Source: Octopus vulgaris
Taxonomy: Eukaryota
Assembly: GCA_951406725.2 (NCBI GenBank)
Contig: OX597814.1
Location: 8,184,001-8,248,000, forward strand
Direction: 5' to 3'
Length of the DNA stretch: 64,000 nucleotides
Positions 28,471 to 41,720 of this stretch are shown piece by piece. Numbering within the stretch: the first letter of the stretch is position 1; each line of letters opens with the position of its first letter. The notes under the pieces were generated by a model. It did no database searches, had not been told where the DNA came from, and saw only the letters and a program-made list of their open reading frames with translations. A program made the position numbers and the translations under genes.

Positions 28471-28849
28471 AGCCAAATTTGTCTTTTACATGCTCAAAGA
28501 CGACAACAATGATTTTCTGAAATAGCAGTCAGATTACGTTATCATGTTTTCAATGCATTTATAGAAGGCCTTTTGCTTAGCTGATGTAGTTTTTGTAGGG
28601 TAAGTAAGCATTTGTGACAAAAATTTCTTCTATCTCAAACTCAAAAATGCATTAAAAGCAACTCATTCGAGGCACATCACAATGTTTTTCCAAATTTCAA
28701 GTTTCATTTTGTGAATCTCTGTGAAGTGTGTCAGTATGTATGTGACCCACCTATTTTAATAAGACTAGCATCAACAGAAACCTGAAAAGAAAACCTGCTG
28801 TAGAAAGGGTGTCACGGTAGCCAAATGCTGCCCTTTAATCTCAGATTCC

Positions 28850-29240
28850 TACAAAGCCCTCCTCACTGTCACTTCTATAATGCTTCCCATGGACATGTCT
28901 TTGTCAAGTCTACAAAGCAATTCCATTATACTTTCTGGCAAATTCTCACAATTTCTCAAAGACCTGCTGTGGAGAGAATATCTGGTTGGTTGTGCCGCGG
29001 CTAGGATGGAAACCACACTGATGTTCTTCCTTACATCTCTTTTCCAGACATCTAGCATAGATTTTATCAAGGAGGCTCAACAAAGAGTTTCCTCGACAAT
29101 CAGAGCTCTCTCTCTCTCTCTCTTCCTTTCTTTCTTGTCCCTTTTTGAAAATGATGATTACCACTCTGACCTGCCATTGCTTTGGTGTCTTTCCAGAGTT
29201 CCAAGCCATTTGGAATACATGAGACAGCCAGAGAATACCT
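28850..29240 (-). mobile_element. RTE-type LINE reverse transcriptase fragment
   Basis: WQVRVVIIIFKKG...CRGNSLLSLLDKIYARCLE...EHQCGFHPSRGTTNQIF. Confidence 0.8.
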
Positions 29241-30298
29241 TCTCCATTTAAGTCCTTTCACACCTCAGGCTCAGTTTCGTCCTCCCCCCCTTGTGCCGCT
29301 TGTCCACATTTTAGCAATTTAGTCACATCTGTGTCTTTAGCGTCTGTTAGTTTAGTCTTCATCCCTAGATGCACCTCCTGTCCACCGGAAGATTTTATTG
29401 TAACTGGAAACCAGAACTTTTGGCATTGTACAACAGAAAGAACACCTATTTTTCCGTAAGTTGTAAGATAGTTGTTTTTACAAAATATGTAAAACATCTG
29501 AATGAGGTTTATCAAGAGTATGCACAGGAAAAAAATTAAGTTCTTTAATAATATGTTGTCTTTCAGAGATTCATTAAAAGAGAGAGAGAGTGGGGAAGGA
29601 GGGTGTGCGTGCTCATGTGTTCTAAGCTGGTCGATCAAAGCAGTAAGAGAGAATGTCTATTCATGTTATATGAACCAAGATTGGTAAAACAGCCTCAAGC
29701 AAAGTCAACTTACTCCTCAAGATTCTTTATGTAAAGCATTGGTAAGGCACCAAAGAATGGCTTGTTGAGAATTTGTTGAGCCTTGTTGATTGGCCAGTTG
29801 TAATCCAAAAGTTGCACGTTAATCTGTTAAAAAACGAAACGAAAAAAGCAGCAGATTTTGTTTTCTTGCTTTCAACATTTGAGCAGGAGTCACGGTGACT
29901 GGCATTGTGACAGGAGTACCACAACCCCAACGAAGCAATTAACCAATCACAATTGCCATAGAATGTGGTTAAAGACCAATGTGTTGTTGGCAGAAAACAG
30001 ACCCTGGGAAAAAGCTAGTGAACTTTTGCACATCTTCCTCCCAACTTATACAAATGGCTCACACTAGGAAGGCCAGACTCAGTTGCATTTTATGTGATAT
30101 TATGCAGAGCCCCTTGTTTGCACATTCCATGACAATACTTCTTACCAGCTTAAAAACTGGACAGTGTTTTTTCTTGCTGTCAACCATTGTCAACTGGTAA
30201 ACATTTTGATTTTATAAACACAGGCATTTGTGCATTCATTTTCTATCACACGTTTGGCTAACAAGTTATTCAGCTGACTTTGTTAAATGTGAAAATAT

Positions 30299-31351
30299 TG
30301 TTATGAATAGGTCAATTTAAGGACAGTGCTTGCAACCGACTTTTTGTGTACTGGCGTCGGGCAGGCGAGTAGATCCTTTGTTCCATCAGATTCTGGAAGG
30401 ATTGATGAGCTTTGAGGGGACCTTTGGCCTTGTGCCGGTCAAGGAAAGTTCGAAGAAGCTACCCTATAAAAGGCAGGAACTGTGAGCCTGTGAGGACATT
30501 CAGTCGGCAGTTGGGATTGTGTTCAGGCAGTCAGTCAGTCAGTCGGGAACAGAGCGAGTTGGCAATAGGTAGTTCTGCCTGAGACGGCAACGGGGCAGTT
30601 TTGGCCAGGGACAGCAGTGATACGGACGGTCAGCCAAGAAGGTGGAAATGGCGAGGGGCAACTACATCGTTGAGAACGACAGGCAGATAGTGAGAGGATG
30701 AGAGGTTGAGAAAGACATACACAGAGGACTGAGAGCAAAGAAGGGATTACAGCGGATAGAAGGCACGGCTATTATAGTAGGAATTGTGTAACGGTATGTG
30801 CTTGATTGTTGTATTGATATTGAAATGTAAAAGAATTGATGTGTTGGAAAAAGAGATCATAAAGGACATTGTGAATTAAGTAAAAGACTTGTTGTAAAGA
30901 AAGAACAGTGCTAAAGAGATTAGAAAGAACAATGTGAATTGTGTTGATACGTGTTGAAAAAGAAGGAGAAAGACTTTAAAGAACTCTGAACTGATTTGAA
31001 CATTGTATATTGTTTCTGCATGTTTAAATGCTTTGATTTGTTGTATACCTGATGTATCTTTGATTTATTTGATGTTGTAATAATTGTTATAAACCGTTGT
31101 TAAATGTAAGCCAATTGCCTTCTGCCGTCTCTCTTTGTGTCTCTTCCTACTGCTGTTGTTGTTGTTATATCCGGTCGCCGGTTGCCGTGTTTGCTGCCAC
31201 TTTCTCCTCCCACCGAGTAATCTCTCTCCCTCTGAGTTCCGTGGCGAATTTTTCGATCGATTGGGCCGGTAAATCGTCGTCGCTCGACTTGGTAGGGTCC
31301 CGGGTTTTTTCCGAAGAGTTTGAGCGACGGCAGGTGGTGGATTCCGTAACA
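30299..31351 (+). mobile_element. Solo LTR (1053 bp), probably Gypsy-type
   Basis: Termini TGTTATGAAT...ATTCCGTAACA (TG...CA, imperfect inverted repeat); ATAT on both flanks (30295-30298, 31352-31355); TATAAAAGG at ~30465. Confidence 0.8.
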
Positions 31352-31416
31352 ATATCTTTTGTACATTCTCACAAACACACATAAACCTTATTACCTTGCA
31401 CAATGTTGTCAATTAA

Positions 31417-31634
31417 CCCTTTAGCATTTAGACTGGCCAAATCTGGCCCTAGCATATAACTTGTTTTATATTTAAACTGGAAAGATCCAGCCTTTGTAAC
31501 ACCTACCCTACAATGTCATGCCAAAAAGATAATCACGTTATCAAAATGTTTAAGCTATGAGATAATGGCATCGATTCAAAACAATGTGAATAGACAAGCA
31601 TTGCATTTGGCTGAGGAATCTGAATGGTAAAGGG
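31417..31634. mobile_element. piggyBac-like MITE (~218 bp)
   Basis: TTAA followed by CCCTTTAGCATTTAGA on the left; TCTGAATGGTAAAGGG on the right; right-hand TTAA absent. Confidence 0.6.
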
Positions 31635-32279
31635 GGGAGATGGATTCCTGTCTGAATTCTGCCCAGTTGTTCTGATCTCTCTCTTAACTGTAATTATATG
31701 GGAGAAAGAGAAGTGATAGGAGAGAGAGAGAGAGATTAGGAGACAGCAAGATCAGGAGAAGGATAGTGGAAAGTGCCTGGGTATACTTGCAAAGAAAGGG
31801 GACCAGGGCATAGATGGGATGGTCGAGTAAGGAGATGAATTAGGGTAGAGTATCACCAAGGAGTCACACATTTATATTTATTTGATTTTCAACAATTAAC
31901 AAGAAAAGCTATTTCCTATATTCATTTAAAGATGGCTGGTAAAGAAATTGTTTTAATTTTGACAACAGGATGTGTTCCTTGTTATGAAAAAGAGAGAATG
32001 CCGACATAGCATTGGTTACACTAAATGATGTTGTCAAGGTGAATACATTTTCATACCTAAGCAGTGTCAAAATATTTGGTGATGATGATGATGATGATGA
32101 TGGCAACAACAATGATACTAATGAAATGAAACTTAGTGGAGGAAAGATAATGGCATCGATTCAAAACAATGTGAATAGATAAGCATTGCATTTGGCTGAG
32201 GAATCTGAATGGTAAAGGGGGGAGATGGATTCCTGTCTGAGTCCTGCCCAGTTGTTCTGATCTCTCTCTTAACTGTAAT

Positions 32280-32285
<6 letters not shown>
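31560..32285. repeat. ~140-bp near-identical direct repeat (31560-31699 and 32146-32285)
   Basis: AGATAATGGCATCGATTC...AACTGTAATTATATG occurs twice, covering the MITE right end and its flank. Confidence 0.9.
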
Positions 32286-32341
<56 letters not shown>

Positions 32342-32434
32342 TACTTTGACAACAAATGATGTATTTAATAACTTAACAATGTTTTTCCTAATTATTTTCT
32401 TTTCATTTGCAGAGCAAAAATACCTGTTGAAATC

Positions 32435-32447
32435 ATGGCGGAGAAAG
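32435..32447 (+). CDS. First coding exon (exon 32413-32447, encodes MAEK) of the PARP14/PARP10-like RRM gene
   Basis: Acceptor TTTCATTTGCAG, Kozak-like AATCATGG, donor AAG|GTATTT; the phase-1 end joins in frame to the exon at 37522. Confidence 0.6.
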
Positions 32448-32714
32448 GTATTTATTTATTTTTTAATCATAGTTTTGTAAAATTTTCTCTTTTTGACTTA
32501 AATTTTCAAAAATACGACTTGTGAAAATTTACAGAAATAAAAAAATAAAACCTTTACCCATCATCATCATCATCATCAGCATCATCATTATCATCAGCTT
32601 CATGATTATAAACTTATCATCAACATCACCATCATCATTGTGATAACCACCATCATCATCGTCATCATCATCATCATAATAATAAACATCGTGGTCATGA
32701 TGTTTATTATGATG

Positions 32715-32890
32715 ATGCATAGACAGCAACTAGCCTGAAAGTATGTCCTTCACAGTCTTTCACGTCCAGAACCAGTGACTTACCTTCCGGATCCAGGAAG
32801 ATCATCTGTATTGCAAGATCCAGATTTTTCTGAACCATCACGGTAACTCCACCTCTCGCTCCCAGATGACTTCCCAAGATGCATACACCT
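32715..32890 (-). mobile_element. Tx1-type AP endonuclease fragment
   Basis: Translates to GGVTVMVQKNLDLAIQMIFLDPEGKSLVLDV...TFRLVAVYA, matching the other Tx1 ORF2s (IFADPEGRLVV...RLVAIYA). Confidence 0.75.
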
Positions 32891-33874
32891 GCTTAATACA
32901 AAGAAATTTCAAATTCCAAAATATCAAATTAAATTGAAAATAACTGAATTTGTGATGAATCCTAGAAATGCTGACTGCCATGGGTGAATGATATATTTTG
33001 AGAGACAAACTTTGAGGTACCAAGTGAGGTGATATTTTTGCAGAAAATAAAACAAACCTGAATATAGAATTGCTGTGAAAACAGCTTAGCTGACCAGGTA
33101 AATACCTTTGAAAGACACATAAAAAGAAGAATGGCCTCACAAGCCACTACAGAGAATCAAAGTGTGTACCTCTTTAATTTCAGTTAAGCTGTACCCTTAA
33201 GCAAACCCTGACATCATCTACCATCTTCTAAAATGCTAAATATCTTAAAATTACAGAAATATTTTAATTTGTTAAAAATAATCACCTTTTGTTTTCGTCA
33301 CTTGTTTTATAGCTAATATTTATTGACAAGGTTTTCACTGTAACATTCCTATCACAGAGCACTTTCATTTTAACACAACTTTTGTATAATTTCCTTTTAA
33401 AATAATTCACATATTTTGATTTAAAAATCAATTTGGGGGGTTACTGAACATATTTTTTGGTCATTTAAAGCCACACCACTGTTTTGTGGCTAATATCTTT
33501 TAATGAGTTCCTCACAAAAAATTCATCTCATTGAGCACATTATTCTAAAGTCAATTTCTTTCAAAATAATTGAAATATTTTCATTCAAAATCAATTTTTC
33601 ACCTGACTTTCTCATTTTCACCTCAAATATTTTCATCTAACTTTTTTCTAATGAACAATGATGATGATGATGATGATGATGAAATTTCAATTAATTTATA
33701 TCCAAATGCAGATTTGGATGGACCATTATTACTAAAAAAAAACTGAATGGAATTTGGTTTGAAACTGACCTAGCAATGGAGGCTAGAAGTACTTAGAATA
33801 TATTAACCACTATTATAGATTAATCATATCTATATCTATCTATCTATCTGCTTGTCTGTATATATATATATAGA

Positions 33875-35372
33875 GACCGGAGTAAACACATAAATGTGAA
33901 ACAAGGTGGAAAAAAGAGTACTCAAATACCAGTGGTAGAGTAATATGCTTTATTTTAAGCAGCAGAAAATTCAACAAAATCTGTTACTCTGAGTTTCTCG
34001 TTGCCGTTCATCAGACAGTTTTTGCTAGAATGGAACTTATATATTAATTCAATCTATACTCTTACAAACGCTACACCTTTAAAAAGAAATGGACTTGCTT
34101 GATTGGCCCTTTAGAAAAAACGGTCAATCTTCGAGCGATAAACAAAAAGGTCAAAAATATATGTATATATATATGAAAAAACTTATAAAAATTATAAAAT
34201 CCGAGGAAAAAACCGAGAAAAAAACCTATTGCCGTTAATGAAGACAGTACAAATTAATGCATAGAAATTAAACCTGTTATAAATACTGCAATACATATTT
34301 ATATTAAAATCTACATATATATATCAACATACACAAAAGGATGCGCGTAAACGCAATACATACATATACAGACGTATGAATATGAATCTAAATATACACA
34401 TAAAAGCATGTGTACATATATTCACGCAAACCGTCTCGCACGCAAGCTAGAATTCATCTATGTAGCAATTCTCATATACTGAGCAAGGAGGGGGAACGAA
34501 AGAAAGGGAAAGAGATAAAAAGGAACGAAGGAGGGGTGGGGAAAAAACTTGTAACGATGTTATTGGCATCTATAGAGACCAGTATACATACACAAGTTTG
34601 AATTGATACATATACATACCGTCGTGTATATGTGTGCTTAAGCACAAGCATACTTTCACTTACACATACACAGATACGCATGCTTACAAATACATATGCT
34701 TTGCTATACACATACTTATATAAACATTCTAATTTTGACAACATTGCTTTTTTTAAAAAACATTGCTTTTAAAAAATGGGTGCATTAATAAAAATATATA
34801 CGAAAGACATATAAAATAAAATATAACATCCTATTTTGGGTCATTTATAAATAATCAAGGTAATATAAATAATCAAGGTAATCCTATGCAATACAATAAC
34901 ATGAAAACAAAGTTTGTAGGTTTTCCTAATATATATGTAGAAACATAAGACTTTGCTATAAATCCGTCGTAGCGCTCAAGAGTCAAAATCAAAATCAAAA
35001 ATCAAAAATACAAAATATATACTCTATCCATATGGTATATTTATATTTGACATTTTAAATTTAGCCGCGTGCCTACATAAGTTCATTAACTCACTTCTTT
35101 GATTCAAAGAATTATTGTCTTTGAATAGGATGTGCATTTTTTCTAATAGGCAAAGTCTGCACTTGAAATTATATTTGTAAGCTCCATGCCTGTATGGTGC
35201 CGCCCTGTCCAGAATGCTCCATGTCACGTTGAAAGGTGGGGCTTCCTTTTCTTTTAGTTCCCAGACATATTTTGCTAAGATTTTATTCTCATAAGAATTC
35301 TTTTAAATACCCAGAGAATAGGAAGAAAACCAGCCTAGCAAAATATGTCTGGGAACTAAAAGAAAAGGAAGT
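33875..35372 (-). mobile_element. 5'-truncated Penelope-like element with an inverted 5' segment
   Basis: ORF 35024-35227 (WSIL...CRLCLLEK...LNQRSEL...CRH) is the C-terminal part of a PLE GIY-YIG endonuclease; + strand piece RFYSHKNSF...TSLAKYVWELK; hammerhead near the 3' end. Confidence 0.75.
33981..34018 (-). ncRNA. Minimal type I hammerhead ribozyme (Penelope-associated)
   Basis: CUGU-CUGAUGA-ACG GCAA CGA-GAAA-CUC A GAG-UA-ACAG: core boxes present, helix I CUGU/ACAG, palindromic helix III; the first helix II pair is an A-A mismatch. Confidence 0.75.
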
Positions 35373-35464
35373 TAAGAGAGGGTGGGAAGGGGAGAGAGGA
35401 GAGAGATATCCGGTATTGGTGGTGGGGGTGGGTTTGGGCGGGCGCACAGCGAAGAGGTCGGTCG

Positions 35465-35762
35465 GAATTAAGGGACGATGGTCAAAATTCATGCTGCAGT
35501 GGAGGTAGAAGCGAGTAATTTACTTAACGAAATTCTAAGAGGTTGTCAGCAATGAGATCATTTATACACGACAGCAAGCTGTCAGTAGTGAAAACATTTA
35601 AGATATTAGGAGTGGAATAGAGAGGGAGAAGAAAGAGAAAAGTGTTCTTAGCTTTGCGTCTCGGTCATCGTGTGGCAGAATAAAAATAAAAATGGCCAGG
35701 ACTGCCAGCGAATTAAGGGACGATGGTCAAAATTCATGCTGCAGTGGAGGTAGAAGCGAGTA
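35465..35762. repeat. 53-bp exact direct repeat (35465-35517, 35710-35762)
   Basis: GAATTAAGGGACGATGG...GTAGAAGCGAGTA occurs twice. Confidence 0.9.
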
Positions 35763-36088
35763 GCCCCTATCCAAACACACATACTTACATATTCTCACAC
35801 ACACACATGCATGCACACCTTCGTTTTGGGATCACCAATACTTTATTATCTCCCTTTCTTTCAACCTCTCCTGTGAAACCTTTTTTCCCAACCAGTTACC
35901 ATGCTTGATAGCTAAATCCAAAAGTTTTTTTTTATTCTCTCGAAACGTAATTGACCTTCTCACTTTCCTGGGTGTCAAACTAATACACCTACTTGCTGTT
36001 CATACACCTGTCTTTGTCTTTTGTTTTCCTGTAAATTTCAACTATATATATATATTTCTTTACTACCCATAAGGGTCTAAATTTCAAC

Positions 36089-36129
<41 letters not shown>

Positions 36130-36439
36130 TGAGAGAGAGAGAGAGAGGGGGAGATAGATATATACTTACAAATATATACATAAATTTTGGGAGTTGGGAA
36201 CAATATATAGAAATGCACATGCACTTATATACACAAATACACATGGATTTATATACATAAAAACACACGCACAAATAAATGCATACAAACATATATATAT
36301 AGATGATGATAATAGTAATAATAACAATAATGAATATAATAATAGATAGATAGACAGATAGTAAATGAGCTATAGGAGTGAGATATGAATGATGTAAAAT
36401 GGGGAATTAGGTTTTGCTAAGTTGAATCAAGAGATTGCT

Positions 36440-37296
36440 TATCTGAACGTCTTTGCAGCCTTCGTCGATGCCTCCACCAAATTTGGAGGTGGTCTAACGA
36501 ATGGGACCTGTGTCTGAACGTGTCAAAGTGCTGTCATCTGCCTGTTGGCTCTCCTCCTGCAACTCAACTTGATTTCGAGCCGGGTCATCTGCTGCTGGAG
36601 AGGACCGACCAGGTAAAGGACCTGGGTATCTTGGTGGATTCTTCCTTTTCGCCTTCGTCTCAGTGCGTCCATACTGCCAACAAAGCACGCGGAATTCTGT
36701 TCTTGATTCGACTGTCATTCGGAATGCTCACAGCAGCCATATTCCTACTGCTCTATGTCACGCTGGTGAGACCCATATTGGAGTACGGGATTCAAGCCTC
36801 TTCTCCTTATCTCCTCAAAGACATACAGCATCTCGAAAGAGTCCAGAAGCTGGCTACCTGCATGGTTCATGGTCTCAAAAATTTGTCTTATGAAGAAAGG
36901 CTGAAGACGCTCGACCTTTATTCTCTAGAAAAACGCAGCTGCCATGGTGATCTCATTCTCGCTCACAACATCATAAGCGGAAAGTGTAACCTCTCGAAAG
37001 AGCTGTTCTTCATTCCTGCTCCAGAGCATCGGCTGCGGGGTCATTCCGAAAAGCTCTATCTGCGACGATTACATCTCAATCGAAGGAGAGGGGCTTACTC
37101 CGTCCGGGTTGCAGTACCGTGGAACAAGCTGCCAGACGAGATGGTGAAGATGCCAACGACCGCTTTGTTCAAAGTCTCCCTTGACCTCAAGTAGCCTGAA
37201 CTCTTTACATGAACACCACCCTGTACCTAACTCCATGTCCCCCTACATGGCCTTGCTTTTTGCTTTTTGAGCCAAAAAATTAACTAACTAACTAAC
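36440..37296 (+). mobile_element. 5'-truncated CR1-clade LINE 3' end
   Basis: ORF 36520-37194 (VKDLGILVD, LVRPILEY, LERVQ, YEERL, GDLI, RGHS, WNKLP) and a (TAAC)n tail at 37281-37296. Confidence 0.88.
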
Positions 37297-37521
37297 TTTA
37301 TTCCATGTGGTAAGGAGTCTATTTTAAAAATAGCTGGGTGAACTTTTGAAAAACTTTGGCTGTTACTTCTAGCATATCTGGGCTGTTTGAAGGCTACATG
37401 TATTTCAGGTTTACATCAGACATGTAAAGTGGATGTTTATGATGTGGATAGCACAATACTGTTCCATGGATGGTGAGTAACTTGTATTTGTTTAGCATTA
37501 AATCTTGGTTTTATTTTGCAG

Positions 37522-37719
37522 GAATATCTGCCACGAGTATGGAAGGAGAAGATGAGGGCAGAACGGTATTGGTGTCAGGAGTCCCAACTGATTTCCGTTT
37601 GGAAGCCATTCAGTCTTATTTTGAGAACAAGAAGATATCAAGTGGAGGACCTTTTAAAGGAATCCCAGAACGGATCCAAGATTCTGGGGAAGTTATTATC
37701 ACTTTTGAATCGGAAAAAG
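37522..37719 (+). CDS. Coding exon: RRM of a PARP14/PARP10-like (or NMI/RBM43-like) protein
   Basis: TTTTATTTTGCAG acceptor, AAG|GTTAGA donor; RTVLVSGVP...IQSYFENKKISSGG...GEVIITFESEK resembles the 'YFEN-SGGG' RRM of this family. Confidence 0.8.
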
Positions 37720-37762
37720 GTTAGAAGAAATATTCTTTATTTCATGAAATCATTTACAGACA

Positions 37763-38070
37763 TCATCATTGTCATCATTTAATATCTGTTGTCCATGCTG
37801 GCATGGGTTGGACAATTTGTATGTAGTTACTGTGAACACATTAGATTAATATAAAGCAATGTTAAAAACTATCATCATCATCGTCATTTAACATTCATTT
37901 TCCATATTTGCTTGCATTGAATAGTTTGACAGGATCTGGTGAGCAGTATTGACCTCTAGGGTCAGCTTTGGCATGGTTTCTATTGCTCGGTGCCCTTCCT
38001 AATGCCAACCACTTTACAGAGTGGACTGGGGGCAATTTTTCTGCTGTCATTACTAGTGAGGTTGCCAAGT
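37763..38070 (-). mobile_element. Decayed (CAT)n-tailed SINE/RTE 3'-end fragments
   Basis: CATCATTTAA...CCATGCTGGCATGGGTTGGA and CCTTCCTAATGCCAACCAC match the reverse complement of the element at 61960-62225. Confidence 0.6.
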
Positions 38071-38224
38071 AAGGTCCAAGAAAGAAAAAAAAAGGAAAAA
38101 CACTCCTTCTACTAAATGGAGTGAGGAACTGAAAGGGCTATGTAGGGGTTATGCTAGGTGTTGAAAGGCTAAAGTGCGATCAAGGAGGTACAATATAGAA
38201 ATTGTAGAGCACATATTATGTATT

Positions 38225-39390
38225 TCAGTAACTGACCAGTTAATGATATAGAAACTGTAAGTCATGATTAGTATGGCTAAAGCATTGATCGCTTCAATCC
38301 TGTTTCTTGTATTCAACTCTGTCTTGAGTATTGCCCTTACCTTGTGATAGCATCTTTTCTGATGTTTTCCCTCATCATTGAATGTTTGATGCCCCTAGGA
38401 ATCTGCAGCTCCCTGTTGGTTCTAACTCCTTTATGACATTCTGCTGGTCGTGGTTAACGTTGGATGTTTCTGTCATTTTTCCTTTGATAAAAGTAGCTTT
38501 TGCACATCTATGGAGGTCAAATTGTATTCTGATGTCATCACTGGAATCCTTTAACAATCGCTTGTAAGCTCTGTAGTCATTTTTTGAAAAGAGCTTTAAA
38601 TCATCCATGTAAAAGAGATGATTTATATTTTTATCAAACATTTTATAACTGTACTGTACATCATTGAGCAATTTCAAGAGAGTAAGGCCAGACGAAAGAG
38701 GAGTGGTGATAGAGAGTCACCTTGGAAAATGACACATGAAATTCTGACATCTCCAACGTTAAGAGATTTATCGTTACTGTTCAAAGTTAGTGTGTTTCTC
38801 CATGATCTCATACTTACAGACAAAAAGTTTTTGCAGAGTAGGTGCTATTTTATACATTTCCAGACATTTCTTAATCCAGCTATGTGGTAGGCTATCAAAA
38901 GTGTTTTTATAGTCTATCCAGGCTATTGACAAGTTTTGTGTCGTTTGTGACAATCTTCTAAGATCATCTTATTGACGAGCATCTGATCTTTACAACCATT
39001 GGACCCACGTTTACATCCTTTTTGCTCATTAGGGAATATGCCACTTTCTATTAAAAAACTATAGGTATATTCCGTCAGGACAGATGTTATACATTGTTGT
39101 TAAGCAGGTTATGGGTCTATAACTTTTTGGTTCATTTGCTTCTTCATTTTTTGGAAGTAGGAATGTTACACCATTAACTAGCCAAGAGGGAATCATATTA
39201 GGTTGTTGCAAAACATTGTTGTAAAGTTTTGTTAGCAGTTCATGGCTCTCTGCGAAAGCATTCAAACAGAAGTTAAGAATTTTATCCTTTTCTGCAGACT
39301 TCCATTTGCTTGAATTCCTGAGAGCAGATCTTATATTTTCTACATTGATGCCCTTCCACTTTTGCTCTTCTAAGGAATCTAAGTCAGTAG
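38225..39390 (-). mobile_element. Decayed R4/Dong-type non-LTR RT fragment
   Basis: YRPITCL, FQGDSLS, INHLFYMDDLKLFSK. Confidence 0.8.
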
Positions 39391-41720
39391 ATATTATTAT
39401 TATTGTTATTATTATTGCCTTTGCACAGCTTCTAATGCGGGAGATGTACTACAGTGCCAGCTATTCACTACAAGTGAACTAAGGTAACACCTCTTATTTT
39501 TCGAATACCTTCCGCAGTATTCAAGCATTTCCAAGCAGTGCTGTTTTCTGCAAGTGCTCAACACTTATTGCAGCCCCTATTTGTTCCATGTACTTCTCAA
39601 AATTTTTACTCACTGTTCTCAGGACTTCAACAATTATTGGTATTGCTACCACCTTTTTCATCGACGACAACTGCTTAACCTCCCAAGCTAACCTGTCATA
39701 TCTATCGACTTTCCTTTCTTCCTTATTGCATACCTTGTTGTAAGCTGGGCATGCTATATCTATGATTCAGCATTGTTTGCTTCCTGTCTCAATTAACACT
39801 ATGACTGGGTTTCTATTCTCTAATCTCATAGTTGCACTGAATCATAAAATCCCACAGGATCTTTGCATTATCATTTTTGATGATGGCTTCAGGTTTGTGA
39901 TCATACGCATTTTTCGCTCTGTCAAGTTCATACTTGTTGCAGGGTGTCCAATGGACAAACCTGGCTATATTGTCATGGCTTCTCTTATATTCCTTCTGGG
40001 CTAGTGGCATACATTGACTGGTAATATGCCATACGGTTTCACCGTTTTGTCCGCAGATTCTGCACTTATCACTTTCTGCTGTGTTATCTATTCTGTATTT
40101 TATGTTGTTTGTTCTTAATGCTTCCTCTTGGGCAGCACAGATTAGAGCCTCTGTTTCCGGTTTTGAATCACTTTTAGTCATCCACACCCATCTTTTTCCT
40201 CTGTCTGTCTTATCTTCAACATCCCTATGAAATTGTCCATGCATTCTTTTCTTTACCCACCTATTTTCAATTGCTTGTACAGTGCTTTATCTTTGCCAAC
40301 TTTCATCCTACACAAGCCTGACCTTCTTACTTCCAATAATTGTGGTTCTGTAGCATTTTTTTACATACCATGCTATGTTGTTTTCTTCTGCTCTAATGCT
40401 GTGTTCATATCCAATAAGTCCTCTTCCCCCTCTTTTTCTTGGTACATACCGTCTGTTTGTGTCACTTTTTGGGTGGAGTGTCCCATATGTAGTTAGCAAC
40501 TTCCTTGTCTTTCTATCTCAGCTGTTTAGTTCGTCTACTATCCATGCGATTATCCCTGCTCCATATCTAAGGAGTGAAACCGCCCAAGTGTTGAAAGCTT
40601 CGATCTTATTCTGTCCACTTAATTTCGACTTAAAGAGCAGTCTCAGTCTGTGCAAGTACTCCACCTAAGATGTTTCTGTCATTTCTTTCTCCATCAATTT
40701 ATCCATTTTTCAAAATCCCCAATTACTTTATAGCCCGTCTCTTCTATCTGCTTCACAAACTCCCCCAACGGTATTGTTAGTCCGTCCATACATTTGATTT
40801 TGCCCCTCTTCAAGACTAACACACCACACTTTCTCAGTCCGAACTCCATTCTGATATCAGCACTGAATGTATATACCATATGAAAAGAGGGAACTGACTT
40901 GGCATTCATCTTTACCAAAAAGTTTGGGGTCATCCATGAATAACAAATGGCTGACTTTTTGTTGGCAGCTTTTGAATACACACCCAACCTTTGCTTTCCT
41001 CAGAATCAGTGTTAGTGGTATCAAGCACAGTACAAAGATCAGTGGGGACAGACAGTCCCCTTGGAAGATGCCCCTCCTAATTTCTCCTGTCCCTAAACTT
41101 CTTCTGTATACTGTCAGGTCCGTCCTCCAATTCGCCATACTTTTACCAAGCAATCGCTCAACACTTGATGCATTACCAAATAGGCTCATACACTCCATAA
41201 TCCAAGAACGTGGAATTATAACATATGCCTTACGATAATCGATCCATGACATAGCTAAGTTACTTGTCCTCCTCTTGCAGTCTCTGAGTACATTTTTATC
41301 TATCAGGAGTTGATCCTTGATACTTCTGCACTTATACTTGCAACCCTTCGGCTCATGTGGCAGAACTCCATTTTTTTCCAGACGTTCTTACATTGACTCT
41401 GCGAGTATTCCAGTCAAGAACTTCCGCATAAGTGGCAAGCAGGATATCAGCCTGTAATTGTCTACTGTAGTGACTTTTTCAATGTTTTTTAAGCACAGCA
41501 CTGTCCTAACCAATGTCAACCACTCTGGTGTCCCTTGGTTGACATTTAACAAGGTGTTGAGTTGTGCAGCTATTCGTGCGTGACATTCGCCAAATCTCTT
41601 GATCCAGTAACCTTGAACTCCATCTGGTCCCGGGGCCTTCCAGTTGCACCTTTTTGGGGCTGATTTCCTTCTCTTCCCTAACTGAAATGACTAGTTCTGC
41701 CTGTTTTGGACAGACTACTG
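39391..41720 (-). mobile_element. Decayed R4/Dong-type element (RT, CCHC, restriction-like endonuclease) ending in (TAA)n
   Basis: [55 protein letters not shown]...HI...C, ILWDF; (ATT)n at 39391-39416. Confidence 0.88.

Noticed and set aside
32784-32888. Apparent 105-nt - strand exon with AG and GTAAGT borders
   Set aside because: The reading frame continues through the 'donor' as Tx1 endonuclease (DPEGKSLVLDV), so it is a transposon relic.
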